A DNA stretch of 64,000 nucleotides, taken from Hypanus sabinus (Eukaryota). Shown here piece by piece: positions 25,202-38,098 of this stretch (its first letter is position 1; the number at the start of each line of letters is the position of its first letter). The notes below the pieces were generated by a model. That model was not told the origin of the DNA. It was given only the letters and a program-made list of their open reading frames with translations, and did no database searches. Both the position numbers and the translations under genes were made by a program. The DNA lies in contig NC_082730.1 of the NCBI RefSeq assembly GCF_030144855.1, positions 13,578,001 through 13,642,000 of the forward strand, read 5' to 3'.

Positions 25202-25429
25202 GTGTAGTTTATTGACTGCAGGCGGCAGAGCCAGTCCACCCCGATCAAAATTGTGCAAGATAGCAATCAAAGAATGAGCAGCCTGAATCCAGAAACACAT
25301 CATAACTTGAAATGCAGTGTCCAATCTACAAGCCGCCCAAGACCCAAGACTACAGTACCATCCTCTGACAGCATTGATGAGAGGGACAGAGAGACTGGTC
25401 AAACGCAGGTGCCTTGCTTATTTAACCGT

Positions 25430-25715
25430 ATAACCATATAACAATTACAGCATGGAAACAGGCCATCATGGCCCTTCTAGTCCATGCCGAACTCTTACTC
25501 TCACCTAGTCCCACTGACCTGCACTCAGCTCATAACCCTCCATTCCTTTCCTGTCCATATACGTATCTGATTTTTTTTAAATGACAAAATTGAACCTGCC
25601 TCTACCACTTCAACTGGAAGCTCATTCCACACAGCTACCACCCTCTGAGTAAAGAAATTCCCTCTCATGTTACCCTTAAACTTTTGCCCCCTAACTCTCA
25701 ACTCATGTTTATGTT
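25430..25715 (-). mobile_element. CR1-type LINE 3' end (related copy at about 26630-27110)
   Basis: GNFFTQRVVAVWNELP; shared aaccatataacaattacagca.ggaaacaggccatc terminus. Confidence 0.75.
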
Positions 25716-27619
25716 TATGTATTTTTATGTGTATTAATAGTTTTACTATTAATAAAAGTGTATCATAACCAGAATGAAGTAAATGTACCATTTTACAAAA
25801 TCCATTCAAAAATGAATAATATTTTAAAAGACAATTAAAAATAGCATAATTTCTAAATAGTATTGTTATTGTTCCTCCTATATAATATAAGAATTATGGA
25901 GCCACAGAGACAAAATGCTATAGGATCTCAGCAGTTCCGTCACAGAGAGCATGCAAACTCCACGCAGACAGTAATGGGAATCATTGAATATAGGTGGCAG
26001 CAACCGGCCATACCACTATATATCAGTTTAATATTTTTAAACTTCTTGATTGTTTGCTTTTATTTTTCTATAGTTTTTAATTTTTATATTAATTTATAAA
26101 GATTGTACATGCCTCTGAATTTTAGAGGCATGTTTGAAGGGACTCTGATGTATTCAAGGAGGAAGTTCTAGTGTCAACAGAATCAGTGATTTTAGAAAGC
26201 ATCTTGTCTCACTGTGTGGTGTTCCGAATTTGACCTCTGGGTGTCTCTGCAACCAGCCTTGCTGCATAATATTGAAATACTAAGTATAACTGAATATTGA
26301 AGAGGGAATAAAAGGAAACAACTTGATGCGTCAGACTTGCTCTATCATTTACGGAAAAAAACATGGCTGGTTGATCTGTCTGTAAGCCTCAACTCTGCAT
26401 TCCTGTCTACTTCTGATAACCTTTTACCTCTTGCTTATCTCTGCCTTTTGAAAGCTTTTGAAAGGTGGTGGGGGGGGGGGGGGTGAGTTTGGTGGATTTG
26501 ATGGAAGTCTGCAACTCCTGCAACCTTCAGTCCGTAGAGTCTCTACCAAAAGGCTTTAAGAATAACTAGTGATTCTGACCATTCTTCATTTTATATACTT
26601 CTATCAAATGCCCCCTCAGGTTTTAAATTTTAACCATATAACAATTACAGCACGGAAACAGGCCATCTTGGCCCTTCTAGTCCGTGCTGAATGCTTACTC
26701 TCACCTAGTCCCACTGGTTCGCACTCAGCCCATATCCCTCCATTCCTTTCCTGTCCATATACCTATCCAGATTTACTTTAAATGACAATATCAAACCTGC
26801 CTTTATCACTTCTACTGGAAGCTCATTCCACACAGCTACCACTCTCTGAGTAAAGAAATTCCCCCTCATGTTTCCCCTAAACTTTTGCCCCCAATTCTCA
26901 ACTCATGTCCTCTTGTTTGAATTTCCCCTGCTCTCAATAGAAAAAGCCTATCAATGTCAACTCTATCTATCCCCCTCATAATTTTAAATACCTCTATCAT
27001 GTTTCCCCCTCAACCTTCTATGCTCCAAAGAATAAAGACCTAACTTGTTCAACCTTTCTCTGTAACTTAGGTGCTGAAACCCAGGTAACATTCTAGTAAA
27101 TCTAAATTTTGTCTTAAAATTATTTGAAAACTCTACTTCCATGACACTTTGAACACAAGAACATTATAAACATTGACACTATTTAGCTTCAATAACAACT
27201 TTATTTGGTCTCACATAACACTTTTTTAATCTGCTCTTGATTTTCTAAGCGTTGATACCTATGTGGAGAATCAAAGCTTCTTGGTCATACTGAATTGCCT
27301 ATGGCTACCTGCTGTCAGATAAACTTCCTAAATGATCTCCATTGGTCTACTTTGCTTATTGTCCATTCTGTTGGGTGTTGTCTCTCATTGATTCTATCGT
27401 GTTTCTTGGATTTTCTATGTATGCCCACAAGAAAATGAAGCTCGGGGTTGCAGATGGTGACATATATGTACTTTGATAATCAATTTACTTTGACCTTTGA
27501 ACTAGAACTCAACTTGAAGCAAATGTGAAGTAGCAGCAATAATAACTGACTGAATCAAGAATCGTGTCTTTATATCTTTTTAACAATCTTTTTATTCATT
27601 CATAGTATATGAGTTTGGT

Positions 27620-28200
27620 AAGACCATGAGACCATAGGACATAGTAGCAGAATCATGCCATTTGGCCCATTATATCTGCTGTGCCATTTCATCATGGGTG
27701 ATCCATTTTCCTCTCAGCCCCAGCTCTTATCTTCTTCCCGTATCCCTTCATGCCCTGACCAATCAAGAATCTGTCAACTTCTGCCTTAAATATACAAAAC
27801 AAATTGGCCTCCACAGCTGCGACTGAATGAATTCCACAGATTTCCCACTATCCAGCTGAAGAATTTCCTCATTTCCATCTTAAAATGACATCTCTCTATT
27901 CTGAGGCTGTTTCCTCTGGGCTTAGGCTCCCCCACTAGAGGAAACATCCCCTCCACATCCACTCTAATGAGGCCTTGCAACATTGAGAGGTTTCAATGAG
28001 GTCATCCATCTTTTTTCTGAATTACAGTGAGTGAGACCCAGAGCCAACAAATGTTCCTCAATAGACCAGATTTTTGATCCTAGATTCATTTTCATAAAAC
28101 TTCTTTGTGCCTCTTCAAAGTCAGTAAGTCCTTTCTTAGATAAGGGGCCCAAAGCTGCTCACAATACTCCAAGTGAAACCTCACCAGTGCTTTATAAAGC
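27620..28200 (-). mobile_element. CR1-type LINE 3' fragment
   Basis: ORFs 27786-27983 and 27964-28152 are frameshifted RT C-terminal pieces. Confidence 0.7.
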
Positions 28201-28515
28201 CAGGTAACTTACCTTGCTTCAGGCCTTTCAGTTTCCCAAGAAGCTTCTCCCTAGTAATGACAACTTCACACATCTTTGCCCTCTGACACTCTTGAACTTC
28301 CAGCATACTGCTAGTGTCTTACATACCTATTTCCATCAATCTTCACTGCAGTAAGTAATGTTAACAATTATTGTCCACCTCTAACTAATTCTCTACTGGA
28401 CAGGAGTCAATGGCATTGGTTTGGAATCAAATATAGACCAAACTATATCTACAGATTTTCATTCCTGAGGAACATTTGTGATCTTGATGTATTTGGAAAA
28501 CTTTAATGAAATATA

Positions 28516-29093
28516 TGTAATGGCTTCTTTGCAATGTTAACTGCTGAGGTAATGGTTTCTCTGTAGCTGCAATGTTTGGGTTATGGCTGGAGATAATGGG
28601 ACTTTGGTATTCAGTGGCTATCCAATGGGGGAAACGTTATTCTTCCTTGTGTGTCAGGAAGCTGTCAGTTTCACGGGCTTTGGCCAGAAGGCGCGAGGGG
28701 AATGAAGAGAGGAGATGTGACCTGAGAGAATCGGTGGGCCGCCCGACCGGGTGGACTCTGAGTGGGAGTCCAGAGGTTGCTAAGCTCGGAGGAGTTCGAA
28801 TGGTGGAAAGAAGATCTTACTGAGTGAGCTCTAATGACTTGTGCACAGACTGTTTAATAAAATTGGTGCCTTTTTATTTTATATTTTGTTTCTCTACTAA
28901 CCACATAGTCAAAGTAAGAGTTATAAATCGTAATCGTTTAACCTCATATTGTGTACTGTTTGTTATTTCAAGGTACTGATTTAAAACAGGAAACAGATTG
29001 CACCACATCCACCCAAACGAGATTTATTAAGTTTGGCTGGGTAGGGGGGTCCTCACTCCCTAGATTAAGTAGCTAGGTGAAGCAAGTGTTACA
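28516..29093. mobile_element. Solo LTR (578 bp)
   Basis: TGTAA...TTACA termini; TATA duplicated at 28512-28515 and 29094-29097. Confidence 0.65.
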
Positions 29094-29329
29094 TATAGTT
29101 TTTCAAAACTTTCAGGAACACTTAATTACTTGAATGTAAATTCCATGATTAAACTTATGTCTTAATCAATAACCCCAAACTCTTTCTGCTCATTCATTAA
29201 TTTAATCTTGGTCCCTACAGTTTATAAAGAGGAGCCTTTCTCCTGATTCATTCAATACTAGGAGAGAGAACTGGAAAATGTTTATTTGGTTACAAGTTCA
29301 CCCCATTTTCCCACTGCCTTAACTGGGAT

Positions 29330-30470
29330 AGAGTTCCTCATCCTTACCTACCAGATCATGAGCTTCCGCATCCAGCACATCATTTTGCACAACTTCAGAG
29401 AGGGATCTGACCACCAAATGCCTCTTTACCTCCACACTACTCTCCATTTTCTGCAGGGATCACTTCCTATATGATTCCCTTGCCCATTCTTCCTTCACAC
29501 TAATCCCTCTCCCAGCTCTTATCCTTGCAAGTGGCAAAAGTGCTATACCTGCTCCTCACCTCTTCTCTCAGTCAGGGCCCAAAACTATCCTTCCAGGTGA
29601 GGTACCAAATCCCCTGTGAATCTGCTGCTGTCATTTATTGCATCTGGTGCTCCTGATGTGGCCTCCTCTACATGTGAGACCCGTTATAAATTGGAAGACC
29701 ACATTATTGAACACCTCCCTCCAACTGCCTAAAGTGAAATTCCCTGGTGGTCAAACATTCTAATTCCAATTCCCATTTCTGTTCCGACATGTTGGTCCAC
29801 GGTCTACTCTTGTGCCACGATGCGGCCACCCTCAAAGTGGAGAAGTAACACCATATGTTCTATGTGGGTTGTCCCACTTGGTGGCGCAATAATATTAGTG
29901 CTGGACTCAGGAACCTTCACTCCGGAAAAACAAGAATAGCTTGCTACGGAAGCACCATCATGACAGTTCCTCAATAACTCCACTGCTGAGTTAAAGGCTA
30001 TTCCTCTTCTTCTTCTTCCTCTTCTTCTATGTGAGTAGCCTCCAACCAGATGGCATGAATATTGATAAAAAAAAATTCCGGTAAAAAAAAATCCCTTTCC
30101 ACTCCCCTCTTCTATTCCCCACTCTGGCCTCTTACCTCTTCTCACCAATCTATCACCTGTCCCAGGTGTCCCTCTTCCTTCCCTTTCTCCTGCAGTCCAC
30201 TCTCCTCTCCTGTCAGATCCCTTTCTCTCCAGCCCTTTATCCTTCCCATCCACCTAGTTTCACAGATCACATTCTCGCTATCTTCTTTCTCACCCCCTCA
30301 CCTTTTCATTCTGGTGTCTTCCCCTTTCCTTTCCAGTCCTGAAGAAGGGAATAAGCCTGAAATGTCAACTGTTTATTCATTTCCATAGGTGCTGCCTGAC
30401 CTGCTGTTCCGCTAGCATTCTGTGTGTGTTGCTCTGGATTTCCAGAATCTGCAAATTTCTTGTGTTCATG
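29330..30470 (+). mobile_element. Penelope-like element fragments (GIY-YIG remnant and pLTR)
   Basis: VIYCIWCS*CGLLY..EH remnant at about 29630-29720; hammerhead-like core CTGAAGA at 30339-30345. Confidence 0.7.
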
Positions 30471-30587
30471 AGCTGTTAATTCACTATCACACATTTTGCA
30501 TTTTTGAATGATCTTTGTGCGTGTTGCATAAGCCTAATAGCTTGAATTAAGGTGACTCCAGTACCTCTTCAATAACAATCTCGGCAA

Positions 30588-31160
30588 CATAGAAACATAG
30601 AAAATAGGTGCAGGAGTAGGCCATTCGGCCCTTCGAGCCTGCACCGCCATTCAGTATGATCATGGCTGATCATCCAACTCAGAACCCTGTATCTGCTTTC
30701 TCTCCATACCCCCTGGTCCCTTTAGCCACAAGGGCCATATCTAACTTCCTCTTAAATATAGCCAAAGAACTGGCCTCAATTGTTTCCTGTGGCAGAGAAT
30801 TCCACAGATTCACCACTCTCTGTGTGAAGAAGTTTTTTCCTCATCTTGGTCCTAAAAGGCTTCCCCTTTATCCTTAAACTGTGACCCCTCGTTCTGGACT
30901 TCCCCAACATCGGAAACAATCTTCCTGCATCCAGCCTGTCCAATCCCTTTAGAATTTTATACGTTTCAATAAGATCCCCCATCAATCTTCTAAATTCCAG
31001 TGAGTATAAGCCTAGTGGATTCAGTCTTTCTTCATATGAAAGTCCTGCCATCCCAGGAATCAATCTGGTGAACCTTCTTTGTACTCCCTCTATGGCAAGA
31101 ATGTCTTTCCTCAGATTAGGGGACCAAAACTGCACACAATTCTCTAGGAGCAGTCTCACC
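30588..31160 (-). mobile_element. CR1-type LINE 3' end
   Basis: ORF 30776-31165 (CVQFWSPNLRKDILAIEGVQRRFTRLIPGM); (ctatgttt)n tail. Confidence 0.88.
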
Positions 31161-32427
31161 AACACTATAGGTTCAGCAAGAGTAACAAAGTCTTAAGAAT
31201 GGAATTCCCATGTTTACATGTAAAATTGTAAATAAGCATATAAGACAGAGAACTTACCTGAGAAATTATAATTATATTCAAATATTCTTTAGTTGTAAAT
31301 ATTATGGTACAGATACACATTTGTAATGTCTGCATCAACAACAGGAAATAATTAGATTTTGTCATAATACATCAGGTTTTTTGATGTGCAAATACTCGAA
31401 GCGTAAATAAATTTATAATCAGCACTTTGGAAATTTTTAAGAAGTTGCATTTATTTGAAACAAAACTCTCGCTATTTACAGTTTGAAAAAGTGGCATGTT
31501 TAAAACAATAAGAAAAAAAATGACATGAACATACAGTAAAGAAAAAGGAAATTCCAGCTATCAGAATTGTAATAGCATTAATGCTATAGATTGTATTGTT
31601 ATTTATGCTTTTCATGGACATTTTCCTGTTCCACTTTTATCACCTGAGCCTTTAGTTATATCTTTCTGTCTCCTATAATCTCATGGACATAGTTTATTCT
31701 ATTTTTAAAACAGAATGACTTTTCACAGTTGAGCATCTTCCTGCCACTGAACAACAATGGGCTGGGCTCTGTGCAATATTCTTTCAAATACTTCATAGCT
31801 GCATTATTTTCAGTGGAAACAGGGTGGTGCTGATGCATGGTAAGAGAACTTTTGTTCCAATCGAGATCCTTTCATATTTATTTAACATGCTCTCTTCTCG
31901 CTGCCACCAGAAGGAAGATACAGTAGTCTCGGGACTTACACTGCCATGTCCAGAAACATCAGGCTCTTCAACCAAAGGGAATAACTTCACAGGCCCCATC
32001 ATTGAAATGTTGAATAACTTCTCCTCTGATTTGTATTTGTCTTTATATGTTAAATCAATAAAAAAAGATTAAAAATGAAATGAAATGTTTCCACAACCAA
32101 TGGATTCACTTTCAAGGACTCTTCATCTCATGTTCTCCATATTTCTTCCTTATTTATTTATTACAATTTCTTTTTTTCTGTATTTGCATTTTGTTGTCTT
32201 CTGCACTCTGGCTGAATGCCCAAGTTGGACAGACTTTCATTGATTCTGTTTTGGTTATTATTCCATATATTTAATGAATATGCTCTCAAGAAAATGAATC
32301 ACAGGATTGTATATGGTGACATAAATGTACTTGGATAATAAATTTACTTTGAACTTTAATGTGGCATTTGACTACCAATTTTGAAAATTATTTATTGTTT
32401 TTTCTTATTGTTTATCTTGTTGTTTTA

Positions 32428-33040
32428 GAGAAAGCAGGATCTCCCAGTGGCTATACATTTTAATTCCACGTCCCATTCCCATTCTGATATGTCTATCCAT
32501 GGCCTCCTCTACTGTCAAGATGAATCCAAACTCAGGTTGGAGGAACAACACCTTATATACTGGCTGGGTAGCATCCAACCTGATGGCATGAACATTGACT
32601 TCTCTAACTTCCGTTAATGCCCCTCCTCCCCTTCTTACCCCATCCCTGATATATTTTGTTGTTTGTTTTTTTTTCTCTCTCTCTGCCCATCTCTCTGCCT
32701 GTTTTCCATCTCCCTCTGGTGCTTCCCTCCCCCTTTCTTTCTCCCTAGGCCTCCTGTCCCATGATCTTTTCCCTTCTCCAGCTCTGTATCCCTTTTGGCA
32801 ACCACCTTTCCAGCTCTTAGCTTCATCCCACCCCGTCTGATCTTCTCCTATCATTTTGCATTTCCCCCTCCCCCCAACTACTTTCAAATCTCTTAGTATC
32901 TTTCCTTTCAGTTAGTCCTGACGAAGGGTCCCGGCCTGAAACGTCGACAGTGCTTCTCCTATAGATGCTGCCTGACCTGCTGTGTTCCACCAGCATTTTG
33001 TGTGTTGCTTGAATTTCCAGCATCTGCAGATTTCCTCGTA
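32428..33040 (+). mobile_element. Penelope-like element 3' part with a complete minimal hammerhead motif
   Basis: DLPVA.HFNS..HSHSDM end of GIY-YIG region; GTC-CTGACGA-A-GGGT..GCCT-GAAACGTC-GAC at 32915-32948. Confidence 0.8.
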
Positions 33041-33636
33041 TTGTTTTCTCTTCCTCAGTTTTAGCCATAAACTCCTCTTCATGTCCCTGATCCTCTCTCT
33101 GTTCAATTTTGTACCACAAATTTTGTAATATTTAATGTGAACATGTATAATTAGGATCCCAGTCTTTGTGAAAGGTGAACTTCCAGTCTAAATAACCATT
33201 CTTCAGTTCTGGGCTATACCATTATGGATCCTTTTAATCCATTTGCTAGATTTCCACTTATTCAAACCTTTAACAATTTTCTATTTAAGAAATGAATCAA
33301 TGGATGATACCATTATGTACATTTTCTACCAGCAATTTAACAAACTTTATTTGATTTGTATTTCCATACCCTATATTCTCATTAATATTTTTTTTGCTTT
33401 TAAATATCCTGCTTTCATTTTCCTAACAACAATTTCTGTACATTTCCTATAATGCTGCTATGCAAAAGTGTATCATTTATTTATTTTAATAATTTAGAGA
33501 CAGAGCACAGAACAGACCCCTCCTATTCATCAAAGCACACTGGCCAGGAACCTACCAATTTAATCTTAGGCAGATCAGTGGAGAACATTGAATGTCCAAT
33601 TAACCTACTAATTGGTACGTCTTTGGAATGTGGGAG

Positions 33637-33640
<4 letters not shown>

Positions 33641-33667
<27 letters not shown>
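33641..33667. repeat. (CA)n microsatellite inside a minus-strand V-SINE (about 33500-33740)
   Basis: Direct reading. Confidence 0.9.
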
Positions 33668-34416
33668 CCACCCCTTCATAGGGTGCCAGAATTGAACTCC
33701 AAATTCCAACACTCTGAACTATTAATAGTATCACTATAACTGCTACTGTGGCACCCTAAATTATTCCTCAAAGGTCTTGATATACAATAGCTCCTGCTAT
33801 GCGTGTGGGGACAACACTAAGCAGAAGCCTCTTTGACTGCTTATTCCTTTCCATAGATGCTGCCTGACCTGCTGTTTCCCTCCAGCATTTTGCGTGTGTT
33901 ACTCTGGATTTCCAGCATTTGCAGAATCTCTCGGTGTTTAGGTGGTGAAGTACTCTGAGTATTGGAATCTCATTCTCTTGCATTCACATAAATTAATCAG
34001 ACACAGAAGCTCAATGCAAAATGATTACAAGCCAGAGAACATCTGCAGATGCTGGAAATCCAAGCAGCACACACAAAATGCTGGAGGACATCAGCATCTA
34101 TGGAAAAGAGTAAACTGTCAATGTTTCGGGCCGAGACCTTTTACCAGGAGTTCCTTCAGAATTTTGTGTGTGTTGCTGTGAAATGATTACATCTGGTTTT
34201 ATAATGAAGTGAGGTCGAATTGAAATGAAGTAGTTATGAAGGACAACAAAGAATGAAGTAATTACATGGATACAAGATCTTACTACAACAGTAAAGCACA
34301 AAAAAAGCCATAACATAATATGGCATGAATGATTATTCTAAGAGGCAATGGTGCATGAAGTTTCTTTTTGGAGTACTGTGGAGTGCTGAGAGTGGGATCA
34401 TTCTTAGTGGATGACT

Positions 34417-34608
34417 TCAAAATCTGATATATGCATAGGTGGTCTTGTCCCTGTTGTTTATGGAGTACCCCGCCGTTGAGTCCTTTTGATGCTGCACTGT
34501 TGCATACACAATTTCATTTCCACTTTTACTCTGTTGGACATCCGATCCTCTGTTTTGAAATTGCATGACGTTTACATAAGTAGAGCTCCCTTCCAGTGGT
34601 GGCACTTC
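34417..34608 (-). CDS. Gene B last coding exon: tyrosine-motif tail (STYVNV, IVYATV, TTYAYI)
   Basis: atattag acceptor, phase 0; EVPPLEGSSTYVNV...EIVYATV...KTTYAYIRF*; IVYATV fits the ITIM consensus. Confidence 0.88.
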   Translation of the reverse strand, partial: EVPPLEGSSTYVNVMQFQNRGSDVQQSKSGNEIVYATVQHQKDSTAGYSINNRDKTTYAYIRF

Positions 34609-35869
34609 CTAATATATACAACATACGAAAGGTAGTATTGACTTTCGATTTATGCAAATAGTGAATTCCACTGGACAAACAAAAAGCTATTAGAATCAGT
34701 ATCACATTTGTTACCAATTTAAATGACATGAAATGGTATGGTCTTATGCAGCACTATAATGCATTACTATAAAGTACAAAAAAAAAACTAAAAAAGGAAT
34801 CGTGAGTAGTATACATGTGTTCGAGGACCATCCAGAAATCTGATAGTAAAGAAGTCATTTCAGAATCATTGAGCTTTGGATATTCAGCCTTCCAAATTAA
34901 TCAATAAACAATTTAAAGCTCAGAAACAGCTTACTGGAGTCAACTAGCTTTGAGACCAGGATCAAAGATAGTTTCAATCACACTGTTATAAGGTACCATA
35001 ATATAATCAGATGAACTCTTGAACTCACTCTGGTCTTGCACCTTTTTGTCTGCCTGCTCTGTAACTAATATTTTATTTTGCATTATATTATGTTCCTGTG
35101 TACTGTATCAATACGTGGATGTGACAATATTATCTGTGGCATGGCATGCAAAATAGTTTCTCCTTCTCTACTGTACCTTAGTGCGTGTGACAATTGTAAA
35201 CTAATTTGCCAATTATGTAGTTTATTTGGAATGCAGGTGAATCACCTACATTAACTTGTATACTCATCTCCTCTGTGCTGATCTAGTTTTTCCCTTTCAG
35301 ATTTCATTGATGTTCCCTTTAACTGCTTCCTTTCATAACTAACTCCACAATACGATCACATCTGGAAATAGAAGTTAGATATAATATCAACTATTTTATA
35401 TTTAAACTCCTAGTTTTACCTCCAAGTGGAAACACTACCATTCTGCCCTAAAATTTCTCTCTCCACTTGATGGGACTGAGAACATATTTCACGATATTAA
35501 ACCTGATTCAGAAGCTGATTCACTTTTGTAATGACTCCTGGCCCCTTCAAACTTCTCTGTAAAATCTAAAAATACCCTAAGTGTTTGAAATCAGCTTGTG
35601 ATTAAGTAGTGATCTTAACTATATACTGGCTATACACCATTCATGTGTGGTCATGCAAAATCTTTGACTTATTAGAACTACTTGAGGTGTTCCACAAGGG
35701 AATAACGAAAGGAAAATTAAAGCAGAGACTCAGAGAGCCGAAAGGCTTTCATCTTCTGAGGCAAAGTGTTTTCATTGACCATCTTAAATGGGAGAAGTGA
35801 AGGGGTCATTGAGTAAAAGCCAGAGTTTAGAACTTGAGTAGTAGAAGCCATAACTTTCACGGTGTTAAG

Positions 35870-36370
35870 CACAAGAGATTCTGGAGATGCTGGAATTCCA
35901 GGGCAACCCACACAAAATGCTGGAAGAACTCAGGTCAAGCAGCATCTATGGAAATAGATAAATAGTTGATGCTTCAGCTTGAAACTCTTCAGCAGGATCT
36001 GAAAGGAAGGAGGAGGAAGCCAAAACATAAAGGTGTGAGGTCAGGAAGCTATAAGCTAGAAGGTGATAGGTAAAGCCAGATGGGTCTGGGAGTGGGAGTG
36101 GGGGTGGAGGATGAAGTAAGAAGCTGGGAGGTGATAGTTGGAAAAGGTAAAGGGCTGGAAAAGAAAGAATCTGATAGGAGAGGAGAGTGGACTATGGGAG
36201 AAAGGAAAGGAAGATGGGAACCGGGGAAGATGCTAGGCAGATGAAGAAAAGAGAAGAGGTAAGGTTGGGGTGGGGGAATTGAAGAAAAGGGAAGGGAGAG
36301 GGTGAAGGGAAAAAATTACCACAGGTTTTAGAAATTGATGTTCATGCCATCAGGTTGGAAGCTATCCAGA
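35870..36370 (-). mobile_element. Penelope-type 3'/pLTR fragment
   Basis: Reverse complement of the same pLTR and purine-tract pattern. Confidence 0.65.
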
Positions 36371-37307
36371 TGGAATAAAGTCTTACTCCTCCAGCCTAAG
36401 GATGGCACATTTCATGATGTTAGGCGAGTACAGGATATGCTGGAGAAACAAAGGATTGAGGGCCTAGAGCAGAGAGATAGTGAAATACAGTACTGTTTCT
36501 TCATCCCAAGAACCCAAATTCCTGGTTCAAAATGTGTGACTGGCATGTTATAATCATTATTTCAGATCCTCATCAATGGGCCAACACCATGGCACAGCTG
36601 GCAGAGCTCCTGCCCCACTGCTTCAGCCTTCTGAGTTCAGTGCTGACCTCTGGTACAGTGTGTGTGGAGTTTGCAAGTTCTCCCTCTGACCACACAGGCA
36701 TCCTCCAGATGCTCTGGTCTCTTCCTACAGCTCAATTTTGTCCCACAGTGGATTACCAGTCTGAGTATATTTGTACTTGTGCATTTTGATTCAAGATTAA
36801 AGATTGTTTAATGTAATTTCCAGTTCACAAGTGTAAAAAGGAACAAAATCAATGTTACTCTGGATCAAACACCAAGATTTAAAAAAATTAAAAACACTAA
36901 ATGTAAACACAGAGTTTCTGATGGTGACATCCACCTCATATATCATGGAATTGTGTAGGGTGTCATTTTTACCATTAAACACCTAGATGTACTATGCCCA
37001 AAGTAATCTAGTTTTTAAATAATTTCACTTAAAGGAGACTGCTGGTGCTATGTTAGAAAACCTAAGGCAGATCAGAGAATTCCAACATTTCGATAGTTGC
37101 AGTAACCCCTTAAAAAACGGAGAGGGAACAGACAAAGATTCTAATATTAACTGACAAGATTGACCCAAATTATTCAATGTAACAATAGATTCAATTAATT
37201 GGGACTCCAGCTGAAAATTAGTAAGGGAGTAATATGGAAAAAGCCTGCTATACATTATTAAAAATATCACTAACAAAGGCCACATTGATCTAAGGAATTA
37301 CACATCT

Positions 37308-37790
37308 TTAATCCTTACATACTGTTGGGGTCAAATTTGACCCGTTTTGACATTTGACAGCAGTAAAAACACCCTAAATGCCATTCCTTAGCTGAAAATT
37401 GATGACTTTTCCTAAAGTGACCCAAAATGTGCAAAAATGAAAATATTTTAAAATGTTATACTTTTGTACAGGTGCTTCAAATTTTTGTGCATTGAGGTTG
37501 TTCCGGGTCAAATTTCACCCGTATCTTTTGAAAAGGATTTTAGATCTCTGAAATATTAATTAAGGATTGATCACCCATTTATTAATGTCAGATGGGCTAT
37601 TTATACATTCCTTTCTTTCATTTTAAATCTTTTTATTAATTTTCAAATTACTTTACACATTTTAAATAAATCCATGGTTCAAAATTTGGTATAGACTCTT
37701 GTTATGAGGGGATTCTTGGGCTGGGTCAAAATTGACCTGGACCATGCTGTGAAGGTATAGAATATGAACAGGTTGCCTGGGCTAACAGTA
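37308..37790. mobile_element. piggyBac-like non-autonomous remnant
   Basis: Starts TTAA-tcct; three gggtcaaa(t/a)tt(g/c)acc palindromic repeats near 37327, 37505 and 37722; right TIR not clear. Confidence 0.4.
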
Positions 37791-38051
37791 GAGTCAGGAC
37801 CAACATCACTTGGTACCTGTCAGTAACAATATTAAATATTTGATTCACTCCAGAGATTATTCAAGTAAAATATCATGTTTGGATTTCAGGAAAAGTTGGA
37901 CAAGAACAAGAGGGAGAAAGGACCCAAAGGATATGCTGATAGGGTTTAACAAAGAAAAGTGGAAGGCGATTTGTGTATAGTTGTAATGTTAGAGTGGGTG
38001 ATGTGTAATTCCATGTAAATTCTCAAACATCCAGACAACTCACATCCTTAC

Positions 38052-38098
38052 CTGGGTTTCATTCTTGCCTTCTCTGTGAAATACGTTCCACTTGGATT
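38052..38098 (-). CDS. Gene B cytoplasmic exon 1 (Q-SKWNVFHREGKNETQ)
   Basis: tattttccag acceptor, CAG|gtaagg donor; 47 nt, phase 1 to 0, exactly linking the TM and last exons. Confidence 0.8.
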
